Assembly (NCBI GenBank): GCA_017558945.1
Contig: JAFYTG010000196.1
Location: 1-43,782 of the forward strand
Length of the DNA stretch: 43,782 bases
Direction of reading: 5' to 3'
Source of the DNA: Clostridia bacterium
GTDB lineage: Bacteria > Bacillota > Clostridia > Oscillospirales > SIG627
Both the position numbers and the translations under genes were made by a program. Every line of letters begins with the position of its first letter. Position 1 is the first letter of the stretch. The notes beneath the pieces were generated by a model, which was not told the origin of the DNA, ran no database searches, and worked only from the letters and a program-made list of their open reading frames with translations. This document shows, piece by piece, positions 16,813 to 25,804 of this stretch.

Positions 16813-17382
16813 TTAACCTCCGTAAAAGCGCTGTGCTATGTACCCCTTACCGCCGGATGATGGGAGAGATACGTCGAGAGCCGCACGCATATTAATATAC
16901 ATCGACCAAAAAGCCGAGTAATCAACCACAAGATCGGGCATAAGGTGTTGAGCCGCAACGTAGAACGGGAGGCAATTCGCAGCGTCCTCTGATACTTCAA
17001 ATTCGTATGAATCATCGGTTGATGAGGTAATAGTCTGCGGACAGGCAAAATATTCAAGAATTATCTCGCCCGTTTCCTCCATCGGAACGGCTAAACGCCC
17101 CGCTATAATCGGATATCCCGAACGAAGCTTGCCGTTTTTCCAGACTCTGAAGATTTTAACAAAGTCTTTGGGGAGCTCATAATTCGTATAGCCTCCCTCT
17201 CCTCCTGTAAGATTTATCTTATAGGAACGAATTATTTTTTTGTAATTTGCCATATCCTTCTGTGCCGTATCGAAGAAATCTGCCATTTTATTATTTATAT
17301 CCCTATCGTCAGTGACCGCACCGCCTGACGAGTATTCGTCGAGAAGCATAAGGACACGACGCTTGCCGTCACCCAAAGTCAT
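16813..17382 (-). CDS. 189-aa head-tail connector/adaptor candidate
   Basis: Position only. Strong RBS ggagg. Confidence 0.4.
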   Translation of the reverse strand: MTLGDGKRRVLMLLDEYSSGGAVTDDRDINNKMADFFDTAQKDMANYKKIIRSYKINLTGGEGGYTNYELPKDFVKIFRVWKNGKLRSGYPIIAGRLAVPMEETGEIILEYFACPQTITSSTDDSYEFEVSEDAANCLPFYVAAQHLMPDLVVDYSAFWSMYINMRAALDVSLPSSGGKGYIAQRFYGG

Positions 17383-17383
17383 A

Positions 17384-17656
17384 TTAATCCTCCGTTCCTA
17401 TGAGAAAAAATACGTCCGCAGATGCTGTCGCTATCATTGATAAGCTTCCCGCGCATATCGGCATAGGAAGGCTCTGACCGGGAAGTATGGCAAAGCCGTT
17501 TTCGGAAGTGCAAGGAGCTCCGTCGGAGTTCTCGCGCATATAAACCGTTGCACTCCCCGAGGCGTTGGTTACAATAAAGGTACTGCAGCTTGTCGGAACG
17601 GTTATTGCATTCGTGCCAACGGTTACCTTTTTAGATGAATTGATAATAAGAGCCAT
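17384..17656 (-). CDS. 90-aa hypothetical head-associated protein
   Basis: Strong RBS aaggag. Lies immediately after the capsid gene. Confidence 0.45.
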   Translation of the reverse strand: MALIINSSKKVTVGTNAITVPTSCSTFIVTNASGSATVYMRENSDGAPCTSENGFAILPGQSLPMPICAGSLSMIATASADVFFLIGTED

Positions 17657-17677
17657 ATTTTACTTTCTCCTTTCTGT

Positions 17678-17715
17678 AAAAAAATCGGACAGCGGCATTG
17701 ATACCGCCGCCCGAT
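17678..17715 (-). terminator. Hairpin plus U-tract just downstream of the major capsid gene (likely partial terminator)
   Basis: Stem atcggacagcggc/gccgccgcccgat (imperfect). The A7 run at 17678-17684 gives U7 on the minus strand. Confidence 0.5.
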
Positions 17716-17732
17716 TTGTTGTTAAGGGCTTA

Positions 17733-18668
17733 TTACGCAGGATTAGAGAAGATGATCTGACGAGCATCGCCCCAACCGACACCGAAATCGGCATAGCCTG
17801 TATAACGGTCGAGAAGAGGGTTGTCAAGCTCGGTCTGATATACGGTGGGCTTGGTTATATATACGATGTTGAAGAGCTCCTTCATAAGCCTTCTGTCGCA
17901 TACAGCCCACTGCTTCGCTGAAAATCCGTCGTTACCGCCACCGAGGACGATATATTTCATACCGTAAACGGGGTTAGCTGAGTGGTTGGAGGATTCGGGA
18001 TCGAGACGGGCATCGTCTCCGCATATCTTCTTTGCCATCGCCTCAAGCTCGGGCGACACGAGAAGAGTATCCATATCGCAAAGGAAGGGCATACCGTCAG
18101 GAGTGACGAAACGGTTAGCCATAGTCTGCGCCTTGGTGATTGCCGAGACAGAGAGCGAGTCTGTAATGAGGTTGGAATAGGTTCCCGCATCAGGGTCTGC
18201 AATGAACTTTCTTCCTTCGCTGCGAATTGATGCAATGGGATGATCTGCGGCAGCCCACGCTTTTTCGTCACCACCGAGATGCTCATTGTCAAAAGCGTTG
18301 CCAAAGCAACGGATACCGTGCATATATACCGTCATTGCGGCAGATTCGGCAAGACGCGTACCAACCTTACGACATTCACCGCTCTTGTCAACCTTTGCCT
18401 GCTTCAGACCGATATCAATGGTGTTGGAGTATTCCTGAGGCGTGATGATGGTCTTGAAGCCTCTTTTCATTGTGCCCTTATTCAGCGTATCGTTTTCATA
18501 AAGCTGCATTTCTCCGTAGCCGCCAGAGCCCGTCAGCTCGTAATCTATGCTGTTGGAGGTTCTTGTGCCCATAATAACGCTGAGCTTGTTCATTCGGTTG
18601 GCGTAATGAAAGTCAAACGCCTTGCCGACGAACTTATAGTTGTCTGTTTTCCAAGCTATGTTTGGCAT
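17733..18668 (-). CDS. Major capsid protein (presumed HK97 fold)
   Basis: 311 aa, directly after an acidic scaffold gene and followed by a terminator. This is the typical order. Confidence 0.65.
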   Translation of the reverse strand: MPNIAWKTDNYKFVGKAFDFHYANRMNKLSVIMGTRTSNSIDYELTGSGGYGEMQLYENDTLNKGTMKRGFKTIITPQEYSNTIDIGLKQAKVDKSGECRKVGTRLAESAAMTVYMHGIRCFGNAFDNEHLGGDEKAWAAADHPIASIRSEGRKFIADPDAGTYSNLITDSLSVSAITKAQTMANRFVTPDGMPFLCDMDTLLVSPELEAMAKKICGDDARLDPESSNHSANPVYGMKYIVLGGGNDGFSAKQWAVCDRRLMKELFNIVYITKPTVYQTELDNPLLDRYTGYADFGVGWGDARQIIFSNPA

Positions 18669-18682
18669 ATTTTAAATTCCTT

Positions 18683-19561
18683 TCATCGTCTTGATAAAAA
18701 TTCCTTCGGGGTCATTTGCATATCAGGGTTATCCGCGTTCCATCTGTCAAGGGAACGCTTCTGCTCGGGAGAAAGTCTCTCGCCTCCGTCGTTGCCTGAC
18801 CCCGTACTTCTCGCACTGCGAGAGATACTTTTAGCAACGGCAGCATCACCTGCACGTCCAACGAGAGACACGTACGAATCGTACAGCTCTGCAAGAGGCT
18901 CACGTCCGAAACGGCTTCCGCAAAACTCGCGGAACGCCTTATTGTTCTCGAGGGCTTCAAGCTTTTCCGCGTTGTCAAACTCGGGATGCTTCTCAACAAA
19001 ATCAAGAACGTCCCTTCTCAGAAAATCCTCTGAAGGTGTTGAGACCTCTGATGCCTCGGATCTCTTGCGCATTTTGGTGATGTATTCACGGTTAAGGATT
19101 TCCTCCTCAACCTCCTCGGGGCTTCTCCCCTCTCTTTTTGCACGGTCCTCAATCTGACGACGCTTAACCTTTTCGCCGTACTCACGGAGCTCACGTGTAC
19201 TCTTGAAGGGCTGCTTCGTATAAGGATTGATTATTCCGCTTGCGGCAATGTCACTATTTGCCTGAGCCTCTGCCCTCTCGCGTGCTTCTCTTTCGGCACG
19301 AAGGCGAGCGGAGCGGATTGCCGCATTTTCCTCACGGGATTGGTTGCCACTGTTCCGACCGGCGCCGTCGGAATCGGAGTCCTCCGCATCTTCGCCAATG
19401 TCAGCTGAATCATCCTCGTCGGAATCGTTTTGAAAATCTACGAAATCTTCACGGCCGTCGTCAGCTTCGTAATCACTGTCACGGCTTTCATCTGTTGGAA
19501 GGTCTACGACTCCCTCCTGTGCGCCGCCTTCTTCATATTCTGTCGCATTAAATTCGTTCAT
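18683..19561 (-). CDS. Scaffolding protein
   Basis: Highly acidic N-terminus, charged helical repeats, position between portal and capsid. Confidence 0.6.
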   Translation of the reverse strand: MNEFNATEYEEGGAQEGVVDLPTDESRDSDYEADDGREDFVDFQNDSDEDDSADIGEDAEDSDSDGAGRNSGNQSREENAAIRSARLRAEREARERAEAQANSDIAASGIINPYTKQPFKSTRELREYGEKVKRRQIEDRAKREGRSPEEVEEEILNREYITKMRKRSEASEVSTPSEDFLRRDVLDFVEKHPEFDNAEKLEALENNKAFREFCGSRFGREPLAELYDSYVSLVGRAGDAAVAKSISRSARSTGSGNDGGERLSPEQKRSLDRWNADNPDMQMTPKEFLSRR

Positions 19562-19592
19562 TTATTTTTCCTTTCCACCCTCTCGGGCTATG

Positions 19593-21530
19593 TTATATCG
19601 GCAAATCGGATACTGTCGGTACAGATATTGGCATATCCTGCACTTGTGACACGGGAATATCCAGCGGTACTCCGCCTGGAATGATTTCAGGAGCTTGATT
19701 CATCGAGCTTTGAGCAACGATTTCCTCGAGAGCCGCTTTCAATTCGGTGTTTGATTTTAACGCATCTATTATTTCTGGTGATAGCTCGTTTTCGTCAGGC
19801 TCAAATTTCTTTTTCCAGCTCGCTATAATATCCTGCTTTTGAGGAATGTCAAGATACTCAAGCTCAGCCGCAAGGATCTTCCAGTTATCCTCCGTCACCG
19901 TGATGGCGGCAAGCTTATCGAGCACCTCAACCGTTGTTGCGGGATTTTTGGAAAGTCCGTTACCCGTGGTTATGGTAACGTCAATAACGGGATAATACAC
20001 AATATCCTCTGTTATAGACTCTTCGGTGACAAGGTCGGTATGTCCGGGGATAATGCGTGCGATATTATTGGAATTATACAGCCCCTCCCGAGGCGCTTCG
20101 TTTGCGCTTTTTGCACCGATAAAGATATACATATCCTCATCCCAGAACTCAAGGGCAAGCCAATCAAGAAGCTCGTAAAGACGGCGGAAGCCGGAATCAC
20201 GGTCAGACTTCTTAATGTTGCCCTGTCTGTCTGCGTCACTGCGTAGCTGAAGAAGTCCCGATGCAGTTGTTACACGGGAGGTCTCTCGACCGTTGTTGGT
20301 ATCATAATTTCGGCTGGCACGTTGCATTTGATTCTGTGCCCATTCCACCATACCGATACTCTTAACACCGCTTCCGAGACCTCCGAGGCGTGCAATACCG
20401 TTGAGACGTCCTTGCTTCACGTTGTTGACTGCTCCGGGAACGTTGCTGAAGGTTTCACCCTCGACAAGAGTACCCTCCTCAACAAGAACAACGTCGTTTG
20501 CCGTCATTGCATCATTAAGAAGCCCCGTTGCAAGCTCTCTGTCCGCTGTATCAACAAGCGGTATTATCGGTTCAAGCTCGGAACGGTTATAAAAAGAATT
20601 TTCGTCGCGGATGCACCAATACTGCACAAAGGGGTACAAATTGCATTGACGCCAGGTGTTTTCCCAGTAATTCGGAATGTATTTGACCTCAATACCGCTT
20701 ACCTGAATCGAGCAAGCAATAGCACCGGCAGGAGCGTCGGTGGTATCGTAAGGCTGTCTGAACCAATGCTCAAGGATTTGCACGGTGTCGTCAAACACCG
20801 TTGTCGCATGGCTCTCGATATCCAAAACACCTTCCGTCTCGGTATAATATGCACTCGTAATATCGTCAAGAGTCAAGCCCTGAGCCTTTAGCTCCTTGTA
20901 AAAAGTTCTCCAGAATTTATTCTTGTGCATTGAATATACATGGTCGATATATTCGCAATCGTCCAAGCTTCGTGCAGTAGGATCGGGATATATATCCGCA
21001 GGAGAAATATCCTTAATACGGATATTGCCGTTCTTATGACCGAAGGGCATCGTATCATCGTAATACGCCTTCCACCAAGCATCACCAAGCTTGCGGAGAC
21101 GTCTTTCGTTTGCGGTATTCATTTCCTCGAGCCTGTTGGTTTCGATGATGTATTTTACCGCCAATTCACGTATTTTGGCTTTAAGCGAATCTCTATCGTC
21201 GTCCCGCCCGTGAAACTCAGGCTGAGGAATGTCGGGAATAATCTGACTCTCAACCATAATGTACGGATCGGGTACGCAGGTCGGAGTCCACGGAACCCCC
21301 ATTTCCTCCCGTGCATCCTTTATTTCTAAGGCGGTATCGTGTGCGTTATTATAATAGTCTTCGTGCTTTTTCCACTCGGCTTCCTTAACACTTCGCTCGG
21401 ATTTTGCCTGGTTAAAAAGCCATTCGGCAGTGGCAATTCTACCCTCTCGGGAAGAATAATCATATATTCGTCCATCTTCGTACTCCTTCGGCGTGGGTAT
21501 TTTAGCCTTTTTTGAGGTAAATAACGGCAT
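19593..21530 (-). CDS. Portal protein
   Basis: 645 aa, immediately downstream of terL. Confidence 0.65.
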   Translation of the reverse strand: MPLFTSKKAKIPTPKEYEDGRIYDYSSREGRIATAEWLFNQAKSERSVKEAEWKKHEDYYNNAHDTALEIKDAREEMGVPWTPTCVPDPYIMVESQIIPDIPQPEFHGRDDDRDSLKAKIRELAVKYIIETNRLEEMNTANERRLRKLGDAWWKAYYDDTMPFGHKNGNIRIKDISPADIYPDPTARSLDDCEYIDHVYSMHKNKFWRTFYKELKAQGLTLDDITSAYYTETEGVLDIESHATTVFDDTVQILEHWFRQPYDTTDAPAGAIACSIQVSGIEVKYIPNYWENTWRQCNLYPFVQYWCIRDENSFYNRSELEPIIPLVDTADRELATGLLNDAMTANDVVLVEEGTLVEGETFSNVPGAVNNVKQGRLNGIARLGGLGSGVKSIGMVEWAQNQMQRASRNYDTNNGRETSRVTTASGLLQLRSDADRQGNIKKSDRDSGFRRLYELLDWLALEFWDEDMYIFIGAKSANEAPREGLYNSNNIARIIPGHTDLVTEESITEDIVYYPVIDVTITTGNGLSKNPATTVEVLDKLAAITVTEDNWKILAAELEYLDIPQKQDIIASWKKKFEPDENELSPEIIDALKSNTELKAALEEIVAQSSMNQAPEIIPGGVPLDIPVSQVQDMPISVPTVSDLPI

Positions 21531-21532
21531 TT

Positions 21533-23188
21533 TTATCTCCTTTTATGCTTTTCAAGCTGATTGATGAGCTTTTGCGGTGCTTTTTGAATTTCATCATAAA
21601 TTGTGAAGCTCTGTTGAGGTCTGATATAATGTGCAATAGCGGCGGCTATAACGAGGTCATCGTGAGCACCGGGTGACGCCTCGGGACGCATATCCTCGTT
21701 GCGTATGAAGGTAAGCATCTCATTGAGAAGCGCCTCGGAATTAATAACCTCTGGCGTTTGCGACATTACCGCATGAAGATTGGCAAGAATAAGGGGTCTT
21801 GTTCTCGGGTCCGTTCTCCACCCGAATTTTTTTACGTTAAGCTCACGGGTAACGTCGTCCGTCTTTTCACGGATATATAGCTTCGGGTATCCCCATTCCT
21901 CAAGCTTTCGCTCGGGATATGTGGAGAAATTTATTTCGACACCTATCAAAGCATTGTTAAAGTATTTTCCAAGGCAATACAGCTGTTGGGCATACCATTT
22001 TTCCGAGCCCCCCGAATATACAAGCTCCGCCACCTGCTCGGAGGTTACGTTGTCAATCACGCACACCGTAAATTTATCGCTCCCGTCACCTGCGGTATCA
22101 CCGCCAGCAACGAACGGAACGCCCTTTTCAACGTCCTGCCAGATGCATATTTCACCGTCGTAAGCCTCTTGCCAGGCTATATTTTCGGGACGCAGATTTT
22201 CACCCTCCGAATAGATAAATCTCCCTCTCCTGAGTATCTCCTTTGTCCTGTCGATACGGAGAATTATCGGGCGAAGCTCGAAATAAGGATTACCCGAGAG
22301 CAAGAAGGCTTCCTCGGGGCAGGAGGGATATTCCTGCTTGAATTTTTCGGAATCTCCTCGAAGATTTGATGCAATACACCAACGTCGCCAAGACAATTGC
22401 TCGTCATCAAGCTTATACGCTTCCTTAAGCTTAAGCTCCTCGTCCGTCCACTCTATGCCGGGCGGCACGGGCTTACGGTAATCGGGATCCTCAAACCACG
22501 GAAAGAACACGGGAACGAATCCCGTCTTACCTGCAACGGTATCATCCCAAAAAAGCTTGAACGAGTTGAAGCCGTTCGGTGTCGTTTCAATCACGACGGC
22601 GGTATCGGGGCTGTCGGGTACCGCTTGCAGAAGTGCGTCAAGAGTATCGTTCATATTGCTCCAGAAAGCCGCCTCAGAAGCGTGCACGTTGGTAAGAGTA
22701 TCGCTTCGTCCTACTCCCTCTCCCGTTGCGGGAACGCATCGTATCGACGACATAAGCCCTGGATGTAACACTTTTTCTTCGGGGTCACGGGTAGGATTCT
22801 CAAAAACTATTTCTTGAGCGTTCGAGGCTCGACGCATTGGCTTGAGAGCGGAAGGTAGCTTGTCGTAGAAAAGCTTATTCATCTTGAACAGATTAGCCGT
22901 AGCATCCGCAGAATGAGCCACAATGAGCGTTTTGACAAGCTCACGGGTTGCGGCATCCTGAAAGAAGAGTGCCTCAATAACGGTCGAAAAACCGAGCTGG
23001 CGAGCTTTAAGAATTACTATTCTCACGGGCTTTCCTGCCTCGTGCTCGCGCTTCATGATTTCGTATAGCTTTATTTGTGCGGGTTTTAGCTTCAAGGGGA
23101 TAAGCTTGCCCTTTTTATTGCGGATTTTAATAAAATTCTCGATGTAAAAGCGAGGATTTTTAAGGAGCCTTATAAAGTCGGGCGTCAA
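21533..23188 (-). CDS. terL: Terminase large subunit (TTG start)
   Basis: Walker-A-like ILKARQLGFST. Acidic nuclease motif GGDTAGDGSDKFT. Overlaps the terS stop. SD ggagg lies 9 nt upstream of the TTG. Confidence 0.85.
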   Translation of the reverse strand: MTPDFIRLLKNPRFYIENFIKIRNKKGKLIPLKLKPAQIKLYEIMKREHEAGKPVRIVILKARQLGFSTVIEALFFQDAATRELVKTLIVAHSADATANLFKMNKLFYDKLPSALKPMRRASNAQEIVFENPTRDPEEKVLHPGLMSSIRCVPATGEGVGRSDTLTNVHASEAAFWSNMNDTLDALLQAVPDSPDTAVVIETTPNGFNSFKLFWDDTVAGKTGFVPVFFPWFEDPDYRKPVPPGIEWTDEELKLKEAYKLDDEQLSWRRWCIASNLRGDSEKFKQEYPSCPEEAFLLSGNPYFELRPIILRIDRTKEILRRGRFIYSEGENLRPENIAWQEAYDGEICIWQDVEKGVPFVAGGDTAGDGSDKFTVCVIDNVTSEQVAELVYSGGSEKWYAQQLYCLGKYFNNALIGVEINFSTYPERKLEEWGYPKLYIREKTDDVTRELNVKKFGWRTDPRTRPLILANLHAVMSQTPEVINSEALLNEMLTFIRNEDMRPEASPGAHDDLVIAAAIAHYIRPQQSFTIYDEIQKAPQKLINQLEKHKRR

Positions 23189-23706
23189 TATTGCCGACCT
23201 CCGAACTCTCTCATAACATCTTCAATGCTTTGACCTCCTCCGTCGTTCTTTCCGGGAGCTTCAAAGCCGAGTAGCTTTGCAAGCTGTTCAAGTGCCTTGG
23301 TCGCACCCTTGGCGTCGAATTTCCAAACACCCGACTCCACCCACTCGTGAGCCTCGCTGTCCCATTCCATTACAGGATGCGCCGCCATACAACGTCGGTA
23401 TATCTCGATGAGACTGCATACTATTCCGTTACGGGTTATGTCTCCCGCTCCTTCCCGAAGGAGAGCGTCACGGTAGGCGATAATTCTCTCGTCATTCTTG
23501 AGGCGAGAGGCTTGAACGGAAGCGGAGGCGTTATTCTTACCCGCCTTATAGCCCGCTCTGATCGCGGCTTGCGTGCCGTTGAGGTCGTTGAGGTATTCCT
23601 CGACGAATCTCGCTTCACGGTCGTCAAGATACAGCTTGATTTCGGCGGAGCTCATTTTTTGAGCCGTTGAAAAATCAAACTCAATTTTGTCCCTCTTAGA
23701 CTTCAT
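23185..23706 (-). CDS. terS: Terminase small subunit (Terminase_2/P27-like)
   Basis: FVEEYLNDLNGTQAAIRAGYKAGKNNASASVQASRLK motif. Start at 23706 with SD gggagagagg. Confidence 0.8.
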   Translation of the reverse strand: MKSKRDKIEFDFSTAQKMSSAEIKLYLDDREARFVEEYLNDLNGTQAAIRAGYKAGKNNASASVQASRLKNDERIIAYRDALLREGAGDITRNGIVCSLIEIYRRCMAAHPVMEWDSEAHEWVESGVWKFDAKGATKALEQLAKLLGFEAPGKNDGGGQSIEDVMREFGGRQY

Positions 23707-23832
23707 TTCCTCTCTCCCTTCAGTCTTATTCCCGCCCTTTCCTCCCTCCTTGGGAAACTCCATCATTCGTTTTTGTGTCGACTAACCCTGACAAGCATCC
23801 AAAAACGCCTTTTTTCCCTCTGCATATATATT

Positions 23833-23881
23833 TTAACACACCTGCCGTGCAGTTAACACGGACTTTAAAATGCCATTTTAA
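23833..23881 (-). promoter_or_regulatory. Late-operon control region: two TTAACAC repeats plus palindrome TTAAAAT-GCC-ATTTTAA
   Basis: Repeats at 23833-23839 and 23853-23859. Palindrome at 23865-23881. Lies between an upstream terminator and terS. Confidence 0.35.
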
Positions 23882-23927
23882 CGCTATATAGTAGCACTTT
23901 TGAGCTTTTTTGGCGAGGGGGAAAATT

Positions 23928-23954
23928 AAAGACACTCGAAAAATGAGTGTCTTT
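23928..23954 (-). terminator. Terminator separating the early/middle genes from the packaging operon
   Basis: Stem aaagacactc/gagtgtcttt with loop gaaaaat, followed on the minus strand by aauuuuc. Confidence 0.55.
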
Positions 23955-23959
23955 GAAAG

Positions 23960-24298
23960 TTATGTGTTATACCAGTCGTCGTAAAACGCTTTGCGGCAAT
24001 CTTGTAGCACTGTCGCAGATGTAAAATGCTTTGACGCCATCGCTACCGTTGTTGTTGGAGTCGTTACAAGCTCAAAAAGAGCAGCACGATAAGAGCCTCC
24101 GTGTTTTTCACACAGACGCTCAATTTTTTGCTTTGTTTTTTTGCTTAAGCGATTGTAATTCTGGCAAGTGTAATATATCAGCCCTTGCTGTTTCTCGCTT
24201 AATTTAATGCCTCGATATTTACGGAATCCCGTATTATTTTCACACTCCTTCCCTTTGCGTGCGTGTACGTACGGTCCTGCACGCGAAGACCTTAACAT
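23960..24298 (-). CDS. 112-aa hypothetical protein, candidate late-gene regulator (C-terminal HTH-like)
   Basis: Last gene before the late promoter region. TTVAMASKHFTSATVLQDCRKAFY looks HTH-like. Inference from position. Confidence 0.35.
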   Translation of the reverse strand: MLRSSRAGPYVHARKGKECENNTGFRKYRGIKLSEKQQGLIYYTCQNYNRLSKKTKQKIERLCEKHGGSYRAALFELVTTPTTTVAMASKHFTSATVLQDCRKAFYDDWYNT

Positions 24299-24301
24299 TT
24301 C

Positions 24302-25057
24302 TTAACATTTTTTCTTTTGCGGAGTTCTGGCTAGGTGTATTGCAAGATATACGCCTCCGTTAACATCGTTTATGTACGGCGAGCAGTCTACAAGACGGTA
24401 CCCGGGATATCTCGCCTCTATCTGAATACGGTTATCGTTGCCCGATAGAGCCCATTCCTGAACTCTGTGTGCCGATATCTTTCCGTCCCGACTCTTTACC
24501 TCGGGACGCTCAAGGTTACGGCTGCAGCTCCAGAGCTTTGTCAGCGCAGAGCTCTTTGTGAGATAGGTCGCAAGATCCACAAGTCCGTAATCGTCGAACT
24601 GCAAGGGCTTTGCGGTTGTATAACCCATTCCCCACAGCTCCGCAAGCTCGGTGATATCCATTCCACCCGACATTATAACGTGGTGATGAATACGTCCGTG
24701 CTCCTCTCCATACTCGGTCACCATAACGTACCTGAGCTCCGAAAGTCCGTATTTTTGACGGCGGCGTTTTACACGGCGGAAGAAGTTCTGCACGATGCGG
24801 AGCGCCTTCTTGGGAGTCTCGGGCAAAAATTCGTCCGAATAGGTCAGGTCAAAGCGAATATCACGACGTGTGAAATTCGTGTTCAGAAGTCTCACGAGCT
24901 TTTTGCGGGAATTGCGTTCGTTTAGACTCTTTTGAACCTCACTCGTAGGGTTACGCTTGGGACCGCGTCCTCTCTGCTTATCATATACGGGGTATACGTC
25001 AACGTCGAGGTAGGTTTCCCCGCACTTATGCATTGTCTCTCTATATAAACATCTCAT
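24302..25057 (-). CDS. HUH-superfamily rolling-circle replication initiator (Rep)
   Basis: Motif 1 FDLTYSDEFLP. Motif 2 RIHHHVIM (HUH, about 24677-24688). Motif 3 ATYLTKS (catalytic Tyr near 24563-24565). Start MRCLY at 25057 with SD gaggaaag. Confidence 0.75.
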   Translation of the reverse strand: MRCLYRETMHKCGETYLDVDVYPVYDKQRGRGPKRNPTSEVQKSLNERNSRKKLVRLLNTNFTRRDIRFDLTYSDEFLPETPKKALRIVQNFFRRVKRRRQKYGLSELRYVMVTEYGEEHGRIHHHVIMSGGMDITELAELWGMGYTTAKPLQFDDYGLVDLATYLTKSSALTKLWSCSRNLERPEVKSRDGKISAHRVQEWALSGNDNRIQIEARYPGYRLVDCSPYINDVNGGVYLAIHLARTPQKKKC

Positions 25058-25077
25058 TGATTTCTTTCCTCGAGGAA

Positions 25078-25145
25078 GGGGAGAGAGGAGCAAGAGAGCG
25101 ACGGGCAGAGCCCGTCTTAAAGAGAGAGTCACCTCCTCTCTCCCC
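25078..25145. repeat. Nested inverted repeat immediately upstream of rep (candidate origin/nick hairpin or rep control element)
   Basis: Outer 13-bp perfect arms ggggagagaggag (25078-25090) and ctcctctctcccc (25133-25145). Inner hairpin gacgggc-aga-gcccgtc (25100-25116). Confidence 0.5.
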
Positions 25146-25231
25146 TTGGACCCCTCACTCCTCCGACTCTCTCCCTATCTTGTTATTTTTCTTTTTTGGA
25201 TTATGGTCGTTAAGTTATGATTATTTACGAG

Positions 25232-25259
25232 CCCGAAAAAGAGAGCGCCTCTCTTCGGG
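25232..25259 (-). terminator. Hairpin terminator after the early operon
   Basis: cccgaa/ttcggg and gagag/ctctc stems. On the minus strand the inner stem is followed by uuuuu. Confidence 0.45.
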
Positions 25260-25309
25260 ACTTATTTTGTTGTGTAAGTTGGGACATATAATAAGAATAT
25301 TACTAATCG

Positions 25310-25594
25310 TTATACTGATACGGCTTGTCCTTTATTTTCCTCCGTCAGTTCTTTTACGAGGTTGTCACCCGTTATAGTGCTTACAATTCTATAATCAAGT
25401 GTGTTTCGGCTTTTAAGCTCGTTCCAAAACTCTTTTATTGCTTCAGATTTAATTTTCAAGGCTGTTTTTACGGCACTATCGAGGCAAATCGAAAAACCTC
25501 TGTTTTCTTCTTCTAACCTTTCAATCTCCGCTTTCTGTGTGTCGACTTGGTTTTTTAACACATCTCTTTGCTTATATACCATCTTGGCTTCCAT
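25310..25594 (-). CDS. C-terminal coiled-coil part of a gene interrupted by an in-frame TAG
   Basis: No convincing SD of its own. In frame with 25637-25804. Confidence 0.45.
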   Translation of the reverse strand: MEAKMVYKQRDVLKNQVDTQKAEIERLEEENRGFSICLDSAVKTALKIKSEAIKEFWNELKSRNTLDYRIVSTITGDNLVKELTEENKGQAVSV

Positions 25595-25636
25595 TTTGAG
25601 TTCGTGTAATGTTTTTTTAAGACTCGCAACCTCGCT

Positions 25637-25804
25637 CTACTTTCGGTTGATGAGTTCGAGGGTATCTTTAATCAATTCGTTCGCACAATATGTCCTTGTT
25701 TCCATATCCTCATATGGACAGGCATCGCAATCCTTTGAATCATCCTTACTACAACACTTCAAAGCATTAATAACTTCCTCGTCTGTGAATTTACGCTCGG
25801 TCAT
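25637..25804 (-). CDS. N-terminal Cys-rich part (ALKCCSKDDSKDCDACPY...LELINRK) of the TAG-interrupted gene
   Basis: SD gaggt 8 nt upstream of the ATG at 25804. Ends at the TAG at 25637-25639. Confidence 0.55.
   Translation of the reverse strand: MTERKFTDEEVINALKCCSKDDSKDCDACPYEDMETRTYCANELIKDTLELINRK

Noticed and set aside
18240-19157. 305-aa plus-strand ORF across the capsid/scaffold genes
   Set aside because: It is antisense to two well-supported, RBS-preceded structural genes. It is Ser/Arg/Leu-rich shadow-frame sequence.
25058-25132. N-terminal extension of the Rep ORF (MTLSLRRALPVALLLLSPLP..., signal-peptide-like)
   Set aside because: The extension is a translation of the 13-bp inverted-repeat region and has no SD. 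A well-placed SD precedes the ATG at 25057.
25637-25639. Phage-wide TAG stop-codon reassignment, as reported for some gut phages
   Set aside because: Only one in-frame TAG was found. All large late genes are intact in the standard code, TAG ends the giant ORF at 2230-2232, and no suppressor tRNA is present in the window.
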